From: Polyangiales bacterium
GTDB taxonomy: Bacteria; Myxococcota_A; Polyangia; Polyangiales; JADJQN01
Reading direction: 5' to 3'
NCBI GenBank assembly: GCA_964202905.1
Contig: CAXNJO010000003.1
Location: 96,001-160,000 of the forward strand
Length of the DNA: 64,000 nucleotides
The notes below the pieces were generated by a model. That model was not told the DNA's origin, made no database searches, and saw nothing but the letters and a program-made list of their open reading frames with translations. The position numbers and the translations under genes were made by a program. Positions 1 through 10,497 of the stretch are shown here, piece by piece (positions within the stretch are counted from its first letter, which is position 1; the number at the start of each line of letters is the position of its first letter).

Positions 1-249
1 GGGCGTGCCGCGGGTGTAGCCGCGGTCGCTTCGCTCACTGCACGAGATGCTCGAGAGCGAATCGACGGAGGCCGCCACCTCGTCTGGTTCGGCCTCTTCC
101 TCGACGACGTCGGACACGTCGAAGGGCGCACAGCCCGACGCGACGGCGAGCAGCGTCGCCGTCATGAGCGAGACGCGCACGGCCAGTGCGGACTCCACGA
201 CGCGAGACGCCCACGAAGGAGAAACGGGAGACGAGAAGACCGCGCGCAT
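1..249 (-). CDS. Lipoprotein, 5' part only (runs off window start)
   Basis: Own translation from ATG at 249: MRAVFSSP...LMTATLLAVASGCAPFDVSDVVEEEAEPDEVAASVDSLSSISCSERSDRGYTRGTP; lipobox-like ASGC followed by an acidic linker. Confidence 0.6.
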   Translation of the reverse strand, partial: MRAVFSSPVSPSWASRVVESALAVRVSLMTATLLAVASGCAPFDVSDVVEEEAEPDEVAASVDSLSSISCSERSDRGYTRGTP

Positions 250-432
250 GCCCGCGATAGAGCAATAGACGCGCCACGCTCTGCAAGCCCCCATCACCCG
301 ACGAACGGCGCCCAAGCGCCCACGCACTGACGACCACGACCCCCACCCGCGCGTCTCCTCGCGCGACGATCCGGGTTCAGGCGACCCCAGCGCAACCGCG
401 CACGCGTCTGGGTCAACGACCCACCCGCGCGC

Positions 433-1677
433 TCAGGGCACACCGAGGAGCGTGCAGCCCGCGAGGTCGCCGTCCTGGATCCGCGCGACGATCCGCGTGG
501 TGCCGCCGGAGAACACCGCGCCGTAGGAGTTGTCGCCCGCGCCGAACTCGATCGTGACGACGCGGGTGCGGGTCGCGCGCTCGACCAGCTCGACGCGGTT
601 CACCAGCTGCTCGTCGACGATCGCGAGCGCGGCCGCGACATCGCGCACCTCCGGATAGGTCGTGCGCACGGCGGCCAGGACTTGCGAGCGCTGCGCGGTG
701 GTGAGGCCGGTGGTCGCCGCCGTGATCGTCCGCGACGAGACCACCTCGAACGCCGGGTTCGCCACCAACTCGTTGTAGGTGGTGCCGAGCCGGCAGCTCG
801 CGGGGGCGACCGTACACGCGACGAGGTCGCCGTCGTGGATCGCCGCGACGCGGGTGCTCGTCGCGTCGGCGAAGATCGCGCCGTAGGAGCTGCCTCCGAC
901 GCCGTACTCGAGCAGCGCGAACGCGCGGCCCGAGGTCTCTTCCCAGAGTCGGAGGTAGCGGATGCGGCGGTCATCGACGACCGCGAGCGCCTGCTCGGCG
1001 GTGGCCACGTCGGTGTACGACGACTCGCGGACCGCGAGCACGACCTGGTCGCGGAGGAACGGAGGCACGGTGTCGTCGATCGCGGTGATCGCACCCTCGG
1101 CAGCGATGCGGACCGACCCCGCGAGGATGTCCGAGAAGGTGCTGCCGAACAGACACGCCGGCCCCGGCATCACCGGCGGCGGACACCCCGCACCGGAGCA
1201 CGTCGTCACCAGGTCGAAACGCCCCGTGACGCTGCGGTCGTAGCCCTTGACGAGCACGCGATATCGGCCCGCCGTGAGGCTGCGCGTGAGCAGCGAGAGG
1301 ACCGTGCCCGGCGCGTCGTCGTTGCGCGCGATGGAGTTACCCCAGCGACCGGACGTCTCGCGGTAGAGATAGACGACGGTGTCGGGGGTCGGCACGGCCG
1401 AGGACGCCGTGCGGAGCGCGACCATCGCGTCCGCGGGCACCTCGAAGGTCCACGCGTGGTAGGACGCCGCTGCGGCCAGGACCGCGGTGTCCGTCGTACC
1501 GAGGACGATCACGCCGTGGTCGGTCGGTCGGCGGAACGAGTCCGCAGCGCCATCGAGCACATCGATGTCGGTGGGCACATCGCCCTCCTCCCCTTTGGCG
1601 ATCTCGCTCTCGAGGGCGCAGCCCCCCATGGCGAAGCAGATGGCGATGGCGAGTGCGAGCGGCATCCGAGTGTGCAT
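433..1677 (-). CDS. Lipoprotein with PPC-like beta-sandwich and two tandem ~115-aa repeated domains
   Basis: Signal peptide ending MGGC; PPC-like DTVVYLY..NDD..LTAGRYRVLV; repeats ending EYGVGGSSYGAIF..IHDGDLVAC and EFGAGDNSYGAVF..IQDGDLAGC. Confidence 0.75.
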   Translation of the reverse strand: MHTRMPLALAIAICFAMGGCALESEIAKGEEGDVPTDIDVLDGAADSFRRPTDHGVIVLGTTDTAVLAAAASYHAWTFEVPADAMVALRTASSAVPTPDTVVYLYRETSGRWGNSIARNDDAPGTVLSLLTRSLTAGRYRVLVKGYDRSVTGRFDLVTTCSGAGCPPPVMPGPACLFGSTFSDILAGSVRIAAEGAITAIDDTVPPFLRDQVVLAVRESSYTDVATAEQALAVVDDRRIRYLRLWEETSGRAFALLEYGVGGSSYGAIFADATSTRVAAIHDGDLVACTVAPASCRLGTTYNELVANPAFEVVSSRTITAATTGLTTAQRSQVLAAVRTTYPEVRDVAAALAIVDEQLVNRVELVERATRTRVVTIEFGAGDNSYGAVFSGGTTRIVARIQDGDLAGCTLLGVP

Positions 1678-1856
1678 GGCAGCGCCCTAAGCAAGCCCGG
1701 TGCCAGACACACAAAACGCGATCCCCAAGGGATTTCCAGCGTCGCTCACCGGCACGCCGCACCATCCACCGGCCACGGGAGTCGCCACCTCCGCGCGCGA
1801 CGCGACGCGCGGCAGCCGGGCCCGCCCCGCGCGATCACCCCGCGTTCACCGCGCGT

Positions 1857-3326
1857 TCACGCTGCGAACCAGAGCGGCGGCGGCACCCACCCGCCGTGGG
1901 CCTCTTCGAGCACCCGCGCGACGGCGAGCGGGAGCGCGTCGCGCCCCCGCGGCCCGACGACCTGCACGCCGAGCGGCAGCCCGCGCGCGTCGAGGCCCAT
2001 CGGCACCGCGGTCGAGGGCGTCTCGAGCACGTTGAAGATCGCGGTGTAACCCCAGCGCAGCGGCGGCAGGAGCGCGTGCCCGTGCCGCGTGACGACGCGC
2101 GCATGCGGCGGAAACGGCATCACGCCCTGCTCGCCGAGCGCCTCGTCCAGCTCCGCGCGGAGCGCGCGGCCGAGCGCGACGTACCGCGCCGAGCCGCTGC
2201 CGAGCAGCTTCGGAACGTTCTCCAGCAACGCGAGCGCGATCGCCGGCAGCGTGTAGGGCGAGCGCCGCACGGCCCAGCGCGCGAGCTCGCGTCCACCCGA
2301 GACCGCGAGCCCGTTCCCGAGCAGCTCCGCGAACGTGTGCCCACCCGCGGCCTCCATCATCGCGGACCAAATTTGCAATCCCTCGCGCAACGCCGGCAAC
2401 GCCACCTTCTTCACGCGCGCGCCGCGCCGCGCGAGCGTGGCGATGGCCTTCTCGCGCGCGGCCTCGAGGTCGTCGCTCGCCGCGATCGCGATGGGCTCAC
2501 GCACGTCGAGCACCGTGAGCCGCGCGACATCGATCTCGCGCTCGTCGCCCCAATCCATCGCGACGCCGTCGCGCCCGTCCGGGCCCGCGAGGATGCGCAG
2601 CAGCGGCCCGAGATCCTCCGCGCGCCGCGCGAGCGGACCCGTCGTGAGGTAGCGCAGCGCCTCGTTCTCGGCGCTCGGATACTGCCCCGTCGCGGGCACG
2701 AGCCCGCCCGTCGGCTTGTGGCCGAAGACCCCGTTGAAGAACGCCGGAATGCGGATCGAGCCGCCGACGTCGGCGCCGAGCCCGAAGGGCACGCCGCCCG
2801 CGCCGACCGCCGCGCCCTCGCCCCCCGACGAGCCGCCGCAGGTGCGCGCCGCGTCGTACGCGCAGCTCGTGCGCCCGTACACGCGGTTGTCGGACTCCAT
2901 CCACATGCACAGCTCGGAGACGTTGGTGAGCCCGATCGGGATGGCCCCCGCCGCGCGCAACCGCGCCACCGTGGTCGCGTCCTCGGCGGCGAGCGTGCGC
3001 GCCCGCGCGACGAGCCCGGACGACTGCGGCAGCCCCCCGAAACCCATCGATTCCTTGATCGTGCAGGGCACGCCCAGCAGCGGCGGCAGCGCCTCGTCCG
3101 CGCCCGCCCGCGCGAGTCGCACATCGGCCGCATCCGCCTCGGCGCGCGCCTCGTCGAAGCGCCGCACGACGACGGCGTTCAGCACCCCGTTGAAGCGCTC
3201 GACGTGCGCGAGGTGCGCCTCGAGCACCTCACGCGCGCTCACCTGCCGCGCGCGGATGCGGCGCGCGAGCTCGAGCGCAGAGAGCATGAGCAGCGGGCTC
3301 GGGGCAGCGGCAGGCGGCGTCGGCAT
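1857..3326 (-). CDS. Amidase-signature family enzyme (FAAH2-like)
   Basis: PLLGVPCTIKES, GGSSGGEGAAV and GADVGGSIRIPAFFNGVFGHKPT motifs; start placed at MPTPP so it does not overlap the divergent gene. Confidence 0.9.
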   Translation of the reverse strand: MPTPPAAAPSPLLMLSALELARRIRARQVSAREVLEAHLAHVERFNGVLNAVVVRRFDEARAEADAADVRLARAGADEALPPLLGVPCTIKESMGFGGLPQSSGLVARARTLAAEDATTVARLRAAGAIPIGLTNVSELCMWMESDNRVYGRTSCAYDAARTCGGSSGGEGAAVGAGGVPFGLGADVGGSIRIPAFFNGVFGHKPTGGLVPATGQYPSAENEALRYLTTGPLARRAEDLGPLLRILAGPDGRDGVAMDWGDEREIDVARLTVLDVREPIAIAASDDLEAAREKAIATLARRGARVKKVALPALREGLQIWSAMMEAAGGHTFAELLGNGLAVSGGRELARWAVRRSPYTLPAIALALLENVPKLLGSGSARYVALGRALRAELDEALGEQGVMPFPPHARVVTRHGHALLPPLRWGYTAIFNVLETPSTAVPMGLDARGLPLGVQVVGPRGRDALPLAVARVLEEAHGGWVPPPLWFAA

Positions 3327-3411
3327 GCGCGTGAGTCTCGCATGGCCCTTGCGTTCGGATGGGTGAATCTCGTTCAATAGCGGCACGACCCTGCCCGGTC
3401 GCGGAGCCCCC

Positions 3412-4644
3412 ATGTCCCTTCGATCTGCTCGTTTCGCCTCGTCCCTTTTCCGCTCGGCCGCGCTCACGCTCGCCCTCCCGCTCGGCGCGCTCGCCGCCTG
3501 CGGCGACGACGGCGGCGACCCACCCGCGATGCCCGGCGACGGCGGCACGCCCGACGCAGGCGCCTTCGTCTCCGCGAACTCGCCGCGCGAGGGCTACCGC
3601 CGCTGGATCAAGATCGAGCCGCCCGGCGCCGTGTGCTCCGATGGCAGCCAATACAAGTTCTTCGTCAACTTCTCCACGTCGAGCGACAACCTGCTCATCG
3701 ACTACGAGCCGGGCGGCGCATGTTGGGATTATCCGAGCTGCTCCGGGCAGACGGGCATCATGGGCGCGGCGAATCCCAACGGCATTCCCGACGATCACAT
3801 GAACTTCTGGGGGATCGCCTCACCGCTGCTGCGCCGCTCGCGCTCGCTCAACCCCGCCGCCGACTGGAACATGATCTTCATGCCGTATTGCACGGGCGAT
3901 GTGCACACCGGCAACAACGACATCACGTACACCGACGAGACCGGCGCGAATCCCCCGCTCCTCTTCCGGCACCGCGGCCACGACAACACGATGAAGGCGA
4001 TCGACTGGATCGACGAGAACTTCCCCGTGATCCCGCGGATGTTCGTGACCGGCTGCAGCGCAGGTGGCGTCGGTTCGCAGGTCAACTACTACTTCCTGCG
4101 CGCGGGCCTGTCGCAAGCACAGCATGGGTATCTCCTCAACGACTCCGGCCCCGTGTTCCCGGAGGGTGGCTATTCGGATCGGCTCCACACGAAGATCCGC
4201 GAGTCGTGGAACGTCGATCCCATCCTCGACAGCCTGCCCGCGGGCTTCGACGTCACGGACTTCGGCTCCATCAACACGCTGCTCGCCGACCAGTTCCCAA
4301 ATGATCGCCTCGCAGTGACCTTCTTCCGGCGCGACTACAACTTCAGCGTCTACAGCTACCGCCGCTTCTACACGCCCGAGCCCACGAAGGACGAGATCCA
4401 CGCGATGTTCTGGGCGGACACGCAGAGCCTCATCGCGCAGTACGACTCGCGCGAGAACCTCGGCTACTACATCCCGTATTTCCGCGAGTTCAACGACTCG
4501 CACTGCACGAGCGTCCTCGGCTACGGCGGCACAGACATCGCCGAGAGCAGCGTCGATCTGCTCGCGTACATCCAGAACCTGCTCGACGACTCCGTCCCAC
4601 TGCAGAGCTACCTCGAGAGCCCCCAACCGGGCGAAGACCTCTGA
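3412..4644 (+). CDS. Pectinacetylesterase/Notum-family lipoprotein hydrolase
   Basis: Lipobox LAAC; CSDGSQY, GGACWD, PYCTGDVHTG and nucleophile motif GCSAGG. Confidence 0.85.
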   Translation: MSLRSARFASSLFRSAALTLALPLGALAACGDDGGDPPAMPGDGGTPDAGAFVSANSPREGYRRWIKIEPPGAVCSDGSQYKFFVNFSTSSDNLLIDYEPGGACWDYPSCSGQTGIMGAANPNGIPDDHMNFWGIASPLLRRSRSLNPAADWNMIFMPYCTGDVHTGNNDITYTDETGANPPLLFRHRGHDNTMKAIDWIDENFPVIPRMFVTGCSAGGVGSQVNYYFLRAGLSQAQHGYLLNDSGPVFPEGGYSDRLHTKIRESWNVDPILDSLPAGFDVTDFGSINTLLADQFPNDRLAVTFFRRDYNFSVYSYRRFYTPEPTKDEIHAMFWADTQSLIAQYDSRENLGYYIPYFREFNDSHCTSVLGYGGTDIAESSVDLLAYIQNLLDDSVPLQSYLESPQPGEDL

Positions 4645-4759
4645 GCGAATCCCGCGCTCACGCGGAGCGAATCGCCCGGTCGAAATCCCACGCTCGACCG
4701 GGAGACGCGAGTGCGCAAGACGGTCGACATGTTGCTCGCGAGCGTCTCGCCTTGCCCCA

Positions 4760-5688
4760 TGAAGACGTGGATGCGTCTCACGCTGTGCGTCGCGCTCGCC
4801 GCGTGCAGCGCGCGCGCGGTCGCACCGCGTCCCGACGCGGGGAGCGCGACCGACGCCGCTTCCGATGCACGCGTCGAACCCGCAGACGGCGGCGAGCCGA
4901 GCGACGCAGCCCTCGACGGACGAATGTCCGAGTGCACCCCGGGCGCGACGTTCTGCCGGCGCGGTGAAGTGTCGACCTGCGGCCCCGACGCACGCAGCGC
5001 GTCCATGACACCGAGCCCCGCGGGGCAGGCCTGCGCAGACGGGCGCTGCGCCGACGCCTACGACGTCGAGGCGCTCGGCACCACCTACCGCCGCTGCACC
5101 TTCCGCGCGACCTCGCCCGCCGCCATCGTCACCGGCCACGGCGGCCCGCGCCTCCCGGAGCTTGGTTTCGGCTTCCACAACCCGGGCAGCGAGCCCAGCA
5201 ACATCACCATCACGGGAGGCGGTCTCAGCGGCCCCGTCACGGCGACCCTCGCGCCGGACACGAGCACCTTCCTCACCGTCCCGCTCCTCCAGGGCGTCTT
5301 CGACCGCCCCGCCTACGGCGTCTCGCCGACGGTGTTGGCGCGCGCCACGGCGAGCAACCGCATTCGCGCCACGCGGCCCGTCGCGATGTACCAGTTCAGC
5401 CCTGATTACGGACTCTCGCTCGATGACGCGCGCAGTCTCATGAAGTCCGACGCGACGGTGCTCTTCCCCACGCACGCCTGGGGCACCGAATACGTCGCCG
5501 CGACGATGGCCCCTTCGTGCAGCACCCCTCCCTGCGGCCCCGAAGAGATGACCTTCCTCCCGCTCGACGGCACCGCCGCCGCGCACCGCGCCACGGGCAC
5601 GGTCGGCTTCGCGCTGCTCGTCTACGGCCAGGCCGCCGGCGCGAGCTACTGGTACACGGCGGGCCTCGACGCCTTCCTCCTCTACTGA
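4760..5688 (+). CDS. Lipoprotein with IgGFc-binding-like domain (appears shortened)
   Basis: LAAC lipobox; PVAMYQFSP..SDATVLFPTHAWGTEY and terminal VYGQ..SYWYTAG resemble IgGFc-binding N-terminal domain proteins. Confidence 0.6.
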
Positions 5689-5711
5689 CGCGGCTGCTAC
5701 GCTCGGGGGCC

Positions 5712-6290
5712 GTGTCCCTCCGCCCCACGCTCGTCCTCGTCGCCCTGCTCCTGCTCCCCGCGTGCGACGCGCCCGCGGTCGCGCCCATCACGGCCGAGCC
5801 GGCCGCGCAGCCCGACACCGCAGCGCAGCCCGACACCGCACCCCGCCCGGATCAGCCCGCGCGCCCGGGCGAAGCGCGCGCCGCCGCACCGACGGCCGAA
5901 GACGCCGAGTGGAACGGCGACGAGATCCGCTGGCTCGACTACGACACCGGTCTCGCCCGCGCCCGCGCCGAAGGCAAACCCATCTGCCTCGTGTTGCACG
6001 CGTCGTGGTGCCCGCACTGCCACACCTACGCACGCATCTTCTCCGACCCGCGCGTCGTCGCCGAGTCCCGCCGCCTCGTGATGGTGCGCGTCGACGTCGA
6101 CCGCCATTCCGCCGTCGCCAGCCGCTTCGCCCTCGACGGCACCTACGTCCCGCGCACCTATTTCCTGCGCTCGGACGGCACCGTCCTCGACCGCATCGAC
6201 GCCCACCGCGAGCGCTACCGCTACTTCTTCAACGAAAGCGACCCCGCCTCCATCCTCGGCGGCATGGCCGCGGCGCTCAGCCCGGGGTGA
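5712..6290 (+). CDS. Thioredoxin-family lipoprotein
   Basis: LPAC lipobox; GKPICLVLHASWCPHC; cis-Pro motif YVPRTYF. Confidence 0.85.
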   Translation: MSLRPTLVLVALLLLPACDAPAVAPITAEPAAQPDTAAQPDTAPRPDQPARPGEARAAAPTAEDAEWNGDEIRWLDYDTGLARARAEGKPICLVLHASWCPHCHTYARIFSDPRVVAESRRLVMVRVDVDRHSAVASRFALDGTYVPRTYFLRSDGTVLDRIDAHRERYRYFFNESDPASILGGMAAALSPG

Positions 6291-6324
6291 TGGTTCATTT
6301 TCGACATCGCCCCGACCGTTGCCA

Positions 6325-6347
6325 AATCTAGCCAGTCTAGCTAGATT
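6325..6347. promoter_or_regulatory. Inverted repeat, probable toxin-antitoxin operator
   Basis: AATCTAGC-N7-GCTAGATT ending 6 bp before the antitoxin ATG; type II TA operons are usually autorepressed through such palindromes. Confidence 0.6.
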
Positions 6348-6353
6348 CGCGAC

Positions 6354-6608
6354 ATGACCCGTCGCGCCTGGCAGATCCAGCAGGTCAAAGACCACTTGAG
6401 CGAGGTCGTCGATCTCGCGGTCTCGGAAGGCCCTCAGACGATCACGCGACACGGACGCAAGGTCGCGGTGATCATCTCGGTCGCGGACTTCGAGCGCGAA
6501 CAGCGTGCGGGTGCGCGCGGCACCGTGCTGCCCTTCCTCCGCACACTGCGTCTCGGCGAGCTCGACCTCACGCGTGCACGCGACCTCGACCGCGATGTGG
6601 ACCTCTGA
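6354..6608 (+). CDS. Phd/YefM-family antitoxin
   Basis: WQIQQVKDHLSEVVDLAVSEGPQTITRHGRKVAVIIS; lies directly upstream of a PIN toxin. Confidence 0.9.
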   Translation: MTRRAWQIQQVKDHLSEVVDLAVSEGPQTITRHGRKVAVIISVADFEREQRAGARGTVLPFLRTLRLGELDLTRARDLDRDVDL

Positions 6609-6611
6609 CGC

Positions 6612-7031
6612 GTGGCGTATCTGATCGACACCTGCACGCTCTCCGAGGTCTGGAAGCCAGCCCCCGACGCCGGCGTCCTCGCCTGGTTCGCAGACTCGCT
6701 CGAACATGAGCTCTTCCTCAGCGTCCTCACCCTGGGTGAGCTGAAGAAGGGGATCGAAGCCCTCCCGAAAGGGAAGAAGCGCGAGCGTCTGCTCACTCAT
6801 TACACCGCCCTCCGAGACCGATTCGGGCCAAGGACCCTGACCGTCGATACCCACGTGGCGGAGCGCTGGGGAACGCTCTCCGCCGCCCTCGCCCGCAAGG
6901 GTCAGTCCCTTCACGTCGTCGACGGGCTCCTCGCGGCCACCGCCCTCGTCGCCGGCTTCACGCTGGTCACCCGCAATGTCCGTGACTTCCACATGACCCG
7001 CGTCCCGCTCCTGAATCCATTCTCCCGCTGA
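6612..7031 (+). CDS. vapC: VapC-family PIN-domain toxin
   Basis: YLIDTCTLSE, LSVLTLGEL, DGLLAATA and LVTRNVRDF PIN motifs. Confidence 0.9.
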   Translation: MAYLIDTCTLSEVWKPAPDAGVLAWFADSLEHELFLSVLTLGELKKGIEALPKGKKRERLLTHYTALRDRFGPRTLTVDTHVAERWGTLSAALARKGQSLHVVDGLLAATALVAGFTLVTRNVRDFHMTRVPLLNPFSR

Positions 7032-7139
7032 CCGCGCCGCGCGCCCCGTCAGCGCCGCTTCTCCCGCGCGCGGGGCCGAACAGGTTGCGCATCGTCGTCG
7101 GCCACGAGCGTCGGGACCGACGGTAGCCGCGCGTCCCGC

Positions 7140-7400
7140 TCATCGACTCTCCTTCTTCTGCGGCCCGAACAGCGTCGCGAGGTTCTGCAACGCGTCGGTG
7201 AGCGGGACGACCTCGATGACGGAGTCGTGCAGGCGATGATTGCCCGTATCGAAGAGCCAGGCCTTCGCCATCGGATACTCGCGTCGGGAGAGGCGGAGGC
7301 TCGCCAGATCCTCGGGGCAAATGCGGCTGCTCGACGTGACCTCGATGGCATGGAGGCCGTGTTCGCCATAGCAGATGAAATCCATTTCTTCGCCACGCGC
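7140..7400 (-). pseudogene. C-terminal remnant of AAA+/DUF4143 protein
   Basis: GEEMDFICYGEHGLHAIEVTSS resembles the DUF4143 PD-(D/E)xK tail (EVDF..AIEVK); no ATPase portion upstream. Confidence 0.55.
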
Positions 7401-7572
7401 CACGCGCATCTCGGCCCGCACGCTTTCGCCTCGCCGAGGCGAAATTGCACACATTTTTCGCCTCAGCGCCGCGAATCTGCACACGCGCGCACGGCACGCA
7501 CAGTGCGCCAATCGCCTGTGAATTGAGGGCGATCCGCGATTCAGCCACGCCCGCGCAGCACGCGGCCCGGCG

Positions 7573-9453
7573 TCAGCGCCAGTCGCCGCGCAGGGCGCGG
7601 ACGTCGGCTTCGAGGCGGGCGGCGTCGGCGTCGGCGGGCGCGACCGTCGCGCCGACGACGAGCTCGATGTGCGACCAGAAGCGGCGCGGGCGCTTGGCCA
7701 TCGCCACGCCGCCGCGGCGGCTGAACCAGCTGCCCCAGAGGCCGCGCAGCGCCATCGGGATCACGGGCACGGGGCTCTTCGCGAGGATGCGGTCGACGCC
7801 CGGGCGGAAGGGCGCGATCTCGCCGTCGCTCGTGAGGCCGCCCTCGGGGAAGATGCAGACGAGCTCGCCCTCGGCGAGCGCCTGCTCGATGGCGACGAAG
7901 GCGCGCTCCATCAGCGCTTCATCCTCCTTGCGGCCCGCGATGGGGATGGCCTTCGCCGTGCGGAACACGAAGTTGAGCACAGGAATCGCGTAGATCTTGT
8001 AGTAGGTGACGAAGCGGATGGGGCGGCGTGACGCCGCCGCGAGGATCAGCGCGTCGACGAAGCTGATGTGGTTGCAGACGAGCAGCGCCGCGCCCTCCTC
8101 GGGGATCCGCGCTTCGTGCACCACGCGCAAGCGGTAGATCGTGTGCATCAACAGCCACACGAGAAACCGCATCAAGAACTCGGGCAGCAGCGTGTAGATG
8201 TAGATCGCGACGAGGGCATTGCCGATCGCGGCGACGAGGAACACCTGCGGAATCGAGAGGCCGAGCGGGCCGAGACACACGATCCCCACACCGGCCGCCG
8301 CGACCATGAAGAGCGCGTTGAGGATGTTGTTGCCCGCGATGATGCGGGAGCGCTTCGCCGGGTCGCTGCGGTGCTGGATGATCGCGTTGAGCGGGACGCT
8401 GTAGAAGCCGCCGAAGACGCCAATCAACGCGAGATCGAGCAGCCAGCGCCAGCTCCCCGGCGCCGCGATCACCGCGAGCGGGCCGAGCTCCACGGAGGGG
8501 CGAGCGTGCCATTGCGTCGCGACGAAGAGATCGAGCGCGAAGAGCGTCATGCCGATCGAGCCGAAGGGCACGAGGCCGAGCTCGACGCGCCGGCCCGAGA
8601 GGCGCTCGCAGAGCAGCGAGCCGATGCCGACGCCGAGCGAGAAGACGACGAGCAGCAGCGTGACGACGGCGGGCGTGCCGTGGAGCACATCCGCGACGAA
8701 GCCCGGCAATTGCGCGAGAAAGAGCGCGCCGAAGAACCAGAACCAGGAGTTGCCAAGCACCGAGAGAAAGACCGCGCGCCGCTCGTGCGTGAAGCGGATC
8801 GCGCGGACCGTCTCGCCGACGAAGTTCGGGCTGATGCGCAGCTCGGGCACCGCGGACGGCACCGCCGGCACCCCGCGGCTCGTCGCGTAGCCCGCGAGCG
8901 CGAAGCCCACGAGCGCGACGCAGACGACGGTTGTGCCCCAACCGGGGATCGCGATGAGCGTGCCGCCGAGCATCATCCCGCCGAGGATCGCGACGTACGT
9001 GCCCATCTCGACGAGGCCGTTGCCGCCGACGAGCTCCTCCTCGCGCAGCAGATTCGGCAACACCGCGAACTTCACCGGCCCGAAGAGGGCTGATTGCGCG
9101 CCGATGCAGAAGAGCACGCCGAGCAGCAGCAGCCCGCTGCCGAGGTAGAAGGCCGCGCACGCGACGAGCATCAGCGCGACCTCGAGCAGCTTCGTCGCGC
9201 GAATGAGGCGCGATTTCTCCATCTTCTCGGCGAGCTGACCGGCCGTCGCGGAGAAGAGGAAGAAGGGCAGCACCAACATCCCCGACGCGAGGTTCACGAG
9301 CAGATCGCGCGAGAGCGGCACGTCGCGCGGCGGCGTGAGCGTGAAGAGGATGATCAGCGCGTTCTTGAAGAGGTTGTCGTTGAAGGCGCCGAGGAACTGG
9401 GTCCAGAAGAAGAACGCGAAGCGGCGCTCCCCGAGCAGCTTTCCTTGCGACAT
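7573..9453 (-). CDS. MFS transporter fused to PlsC-type acyltransferase (LplT/Aas-like)
   Basis: TQFLGAFNDNLFK; many TM helices; NHISFVD and IFPEG acyltransferase motifs. Confidence 0.92.
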   Translation of the reverse strand: MSQGKLLGERRFAFFFWTQFLGAFNDNLFKNALIILFTLTPPRDVPLSRDLLVNLASGMLVLPFFLFSATAGQLAEKMEKSRLIRATKLLEVALMLVACAAFYLGSGLLLLGVLFCIGAQSALFGPVKFAVLPNLLREEELVGGNGLVEMGTYVAILGGMMLGGTLIAIPGWGTTVVCVALVGFALAGYATSRGVPAVPSAVPELRISPNFVGETVRAIRFTHERRAVFLSVLGNSWFWFFGALFLAQLPGFVADVLHGTPAVVTLLLVVFSLGVGIGSLLCERLSGRRVELGLVPFGSIGMTLFALDLFVATQWHARPSVELGPLAVIAAPGSWRWLLDLALIGVFGGFYSVPLNAIIQHRSDPAKRSRIIAGNNILNALFMVAAAGVGIVCLGPLGLSIPQVFLVAAIGNALVAIYIYTLLPEFLMRFLVWLLMHTIYRLRVVHEARIPEEGAALLVCNHISFVDALILAAASRRPIRFVTYYKIYAIPVLNFVFRTAKAIPIAGRKEDEALMERAFVAIEQALAEGELVCIFPEGGLTSDGEIAPFRPGVDRILAKSPVPVIPMALRGLWGSWFSRRGGVAMAKRPRRFWSHIELVVGATVAPADADAARLEADVRALRGDWR

Positions 9454-9508
9454 GGCCCCTCCGCTCTACCGCGGCGCGCAGCGCGGGCGCAATGATATCG
9501 TCGCGCGC

Positions 9509-10063
<555 letters not shown>

Positions 10064-10497
10064 CGCGCGCGAGTCCTGCGACGAGCGCCTCGCACGCGGA
10101 GGCATCCCGCGTCTCCGCACACTGGGCCGAGAGCACGCCCGCCCACGGCCCCGAAGAGAGCAGCAGATGCACGCGCCCGCACCGCGCGAGCAGGCGCGTG
10201 CTCGGCTCGCGCGGCGTGTGCAACACACAGCCGCGGACCCGCGCAGCCCGTGCGAGCGCCGCGTGCGTCGCAGGCTCGTCCGGGAGCGCGGTGCGAACGA
10301 GGGGCGTCGCGGGGGGCCGCCCGGCGGCGATTCCCCCGCAGGCCGCCGACACGCCGACGAGCGCGAGCAAGAGCCAGAGCGAGCGAGACTGCGCGCCCGG
10401 TGCGCGGCGCGCAGCGCGCATGACGGCTCCGTCCATGGCGCGCGAGCCTACACGATCGCGTTCGCGCCGACGGGCGGCGCGTCCCATACTCGCGCGC

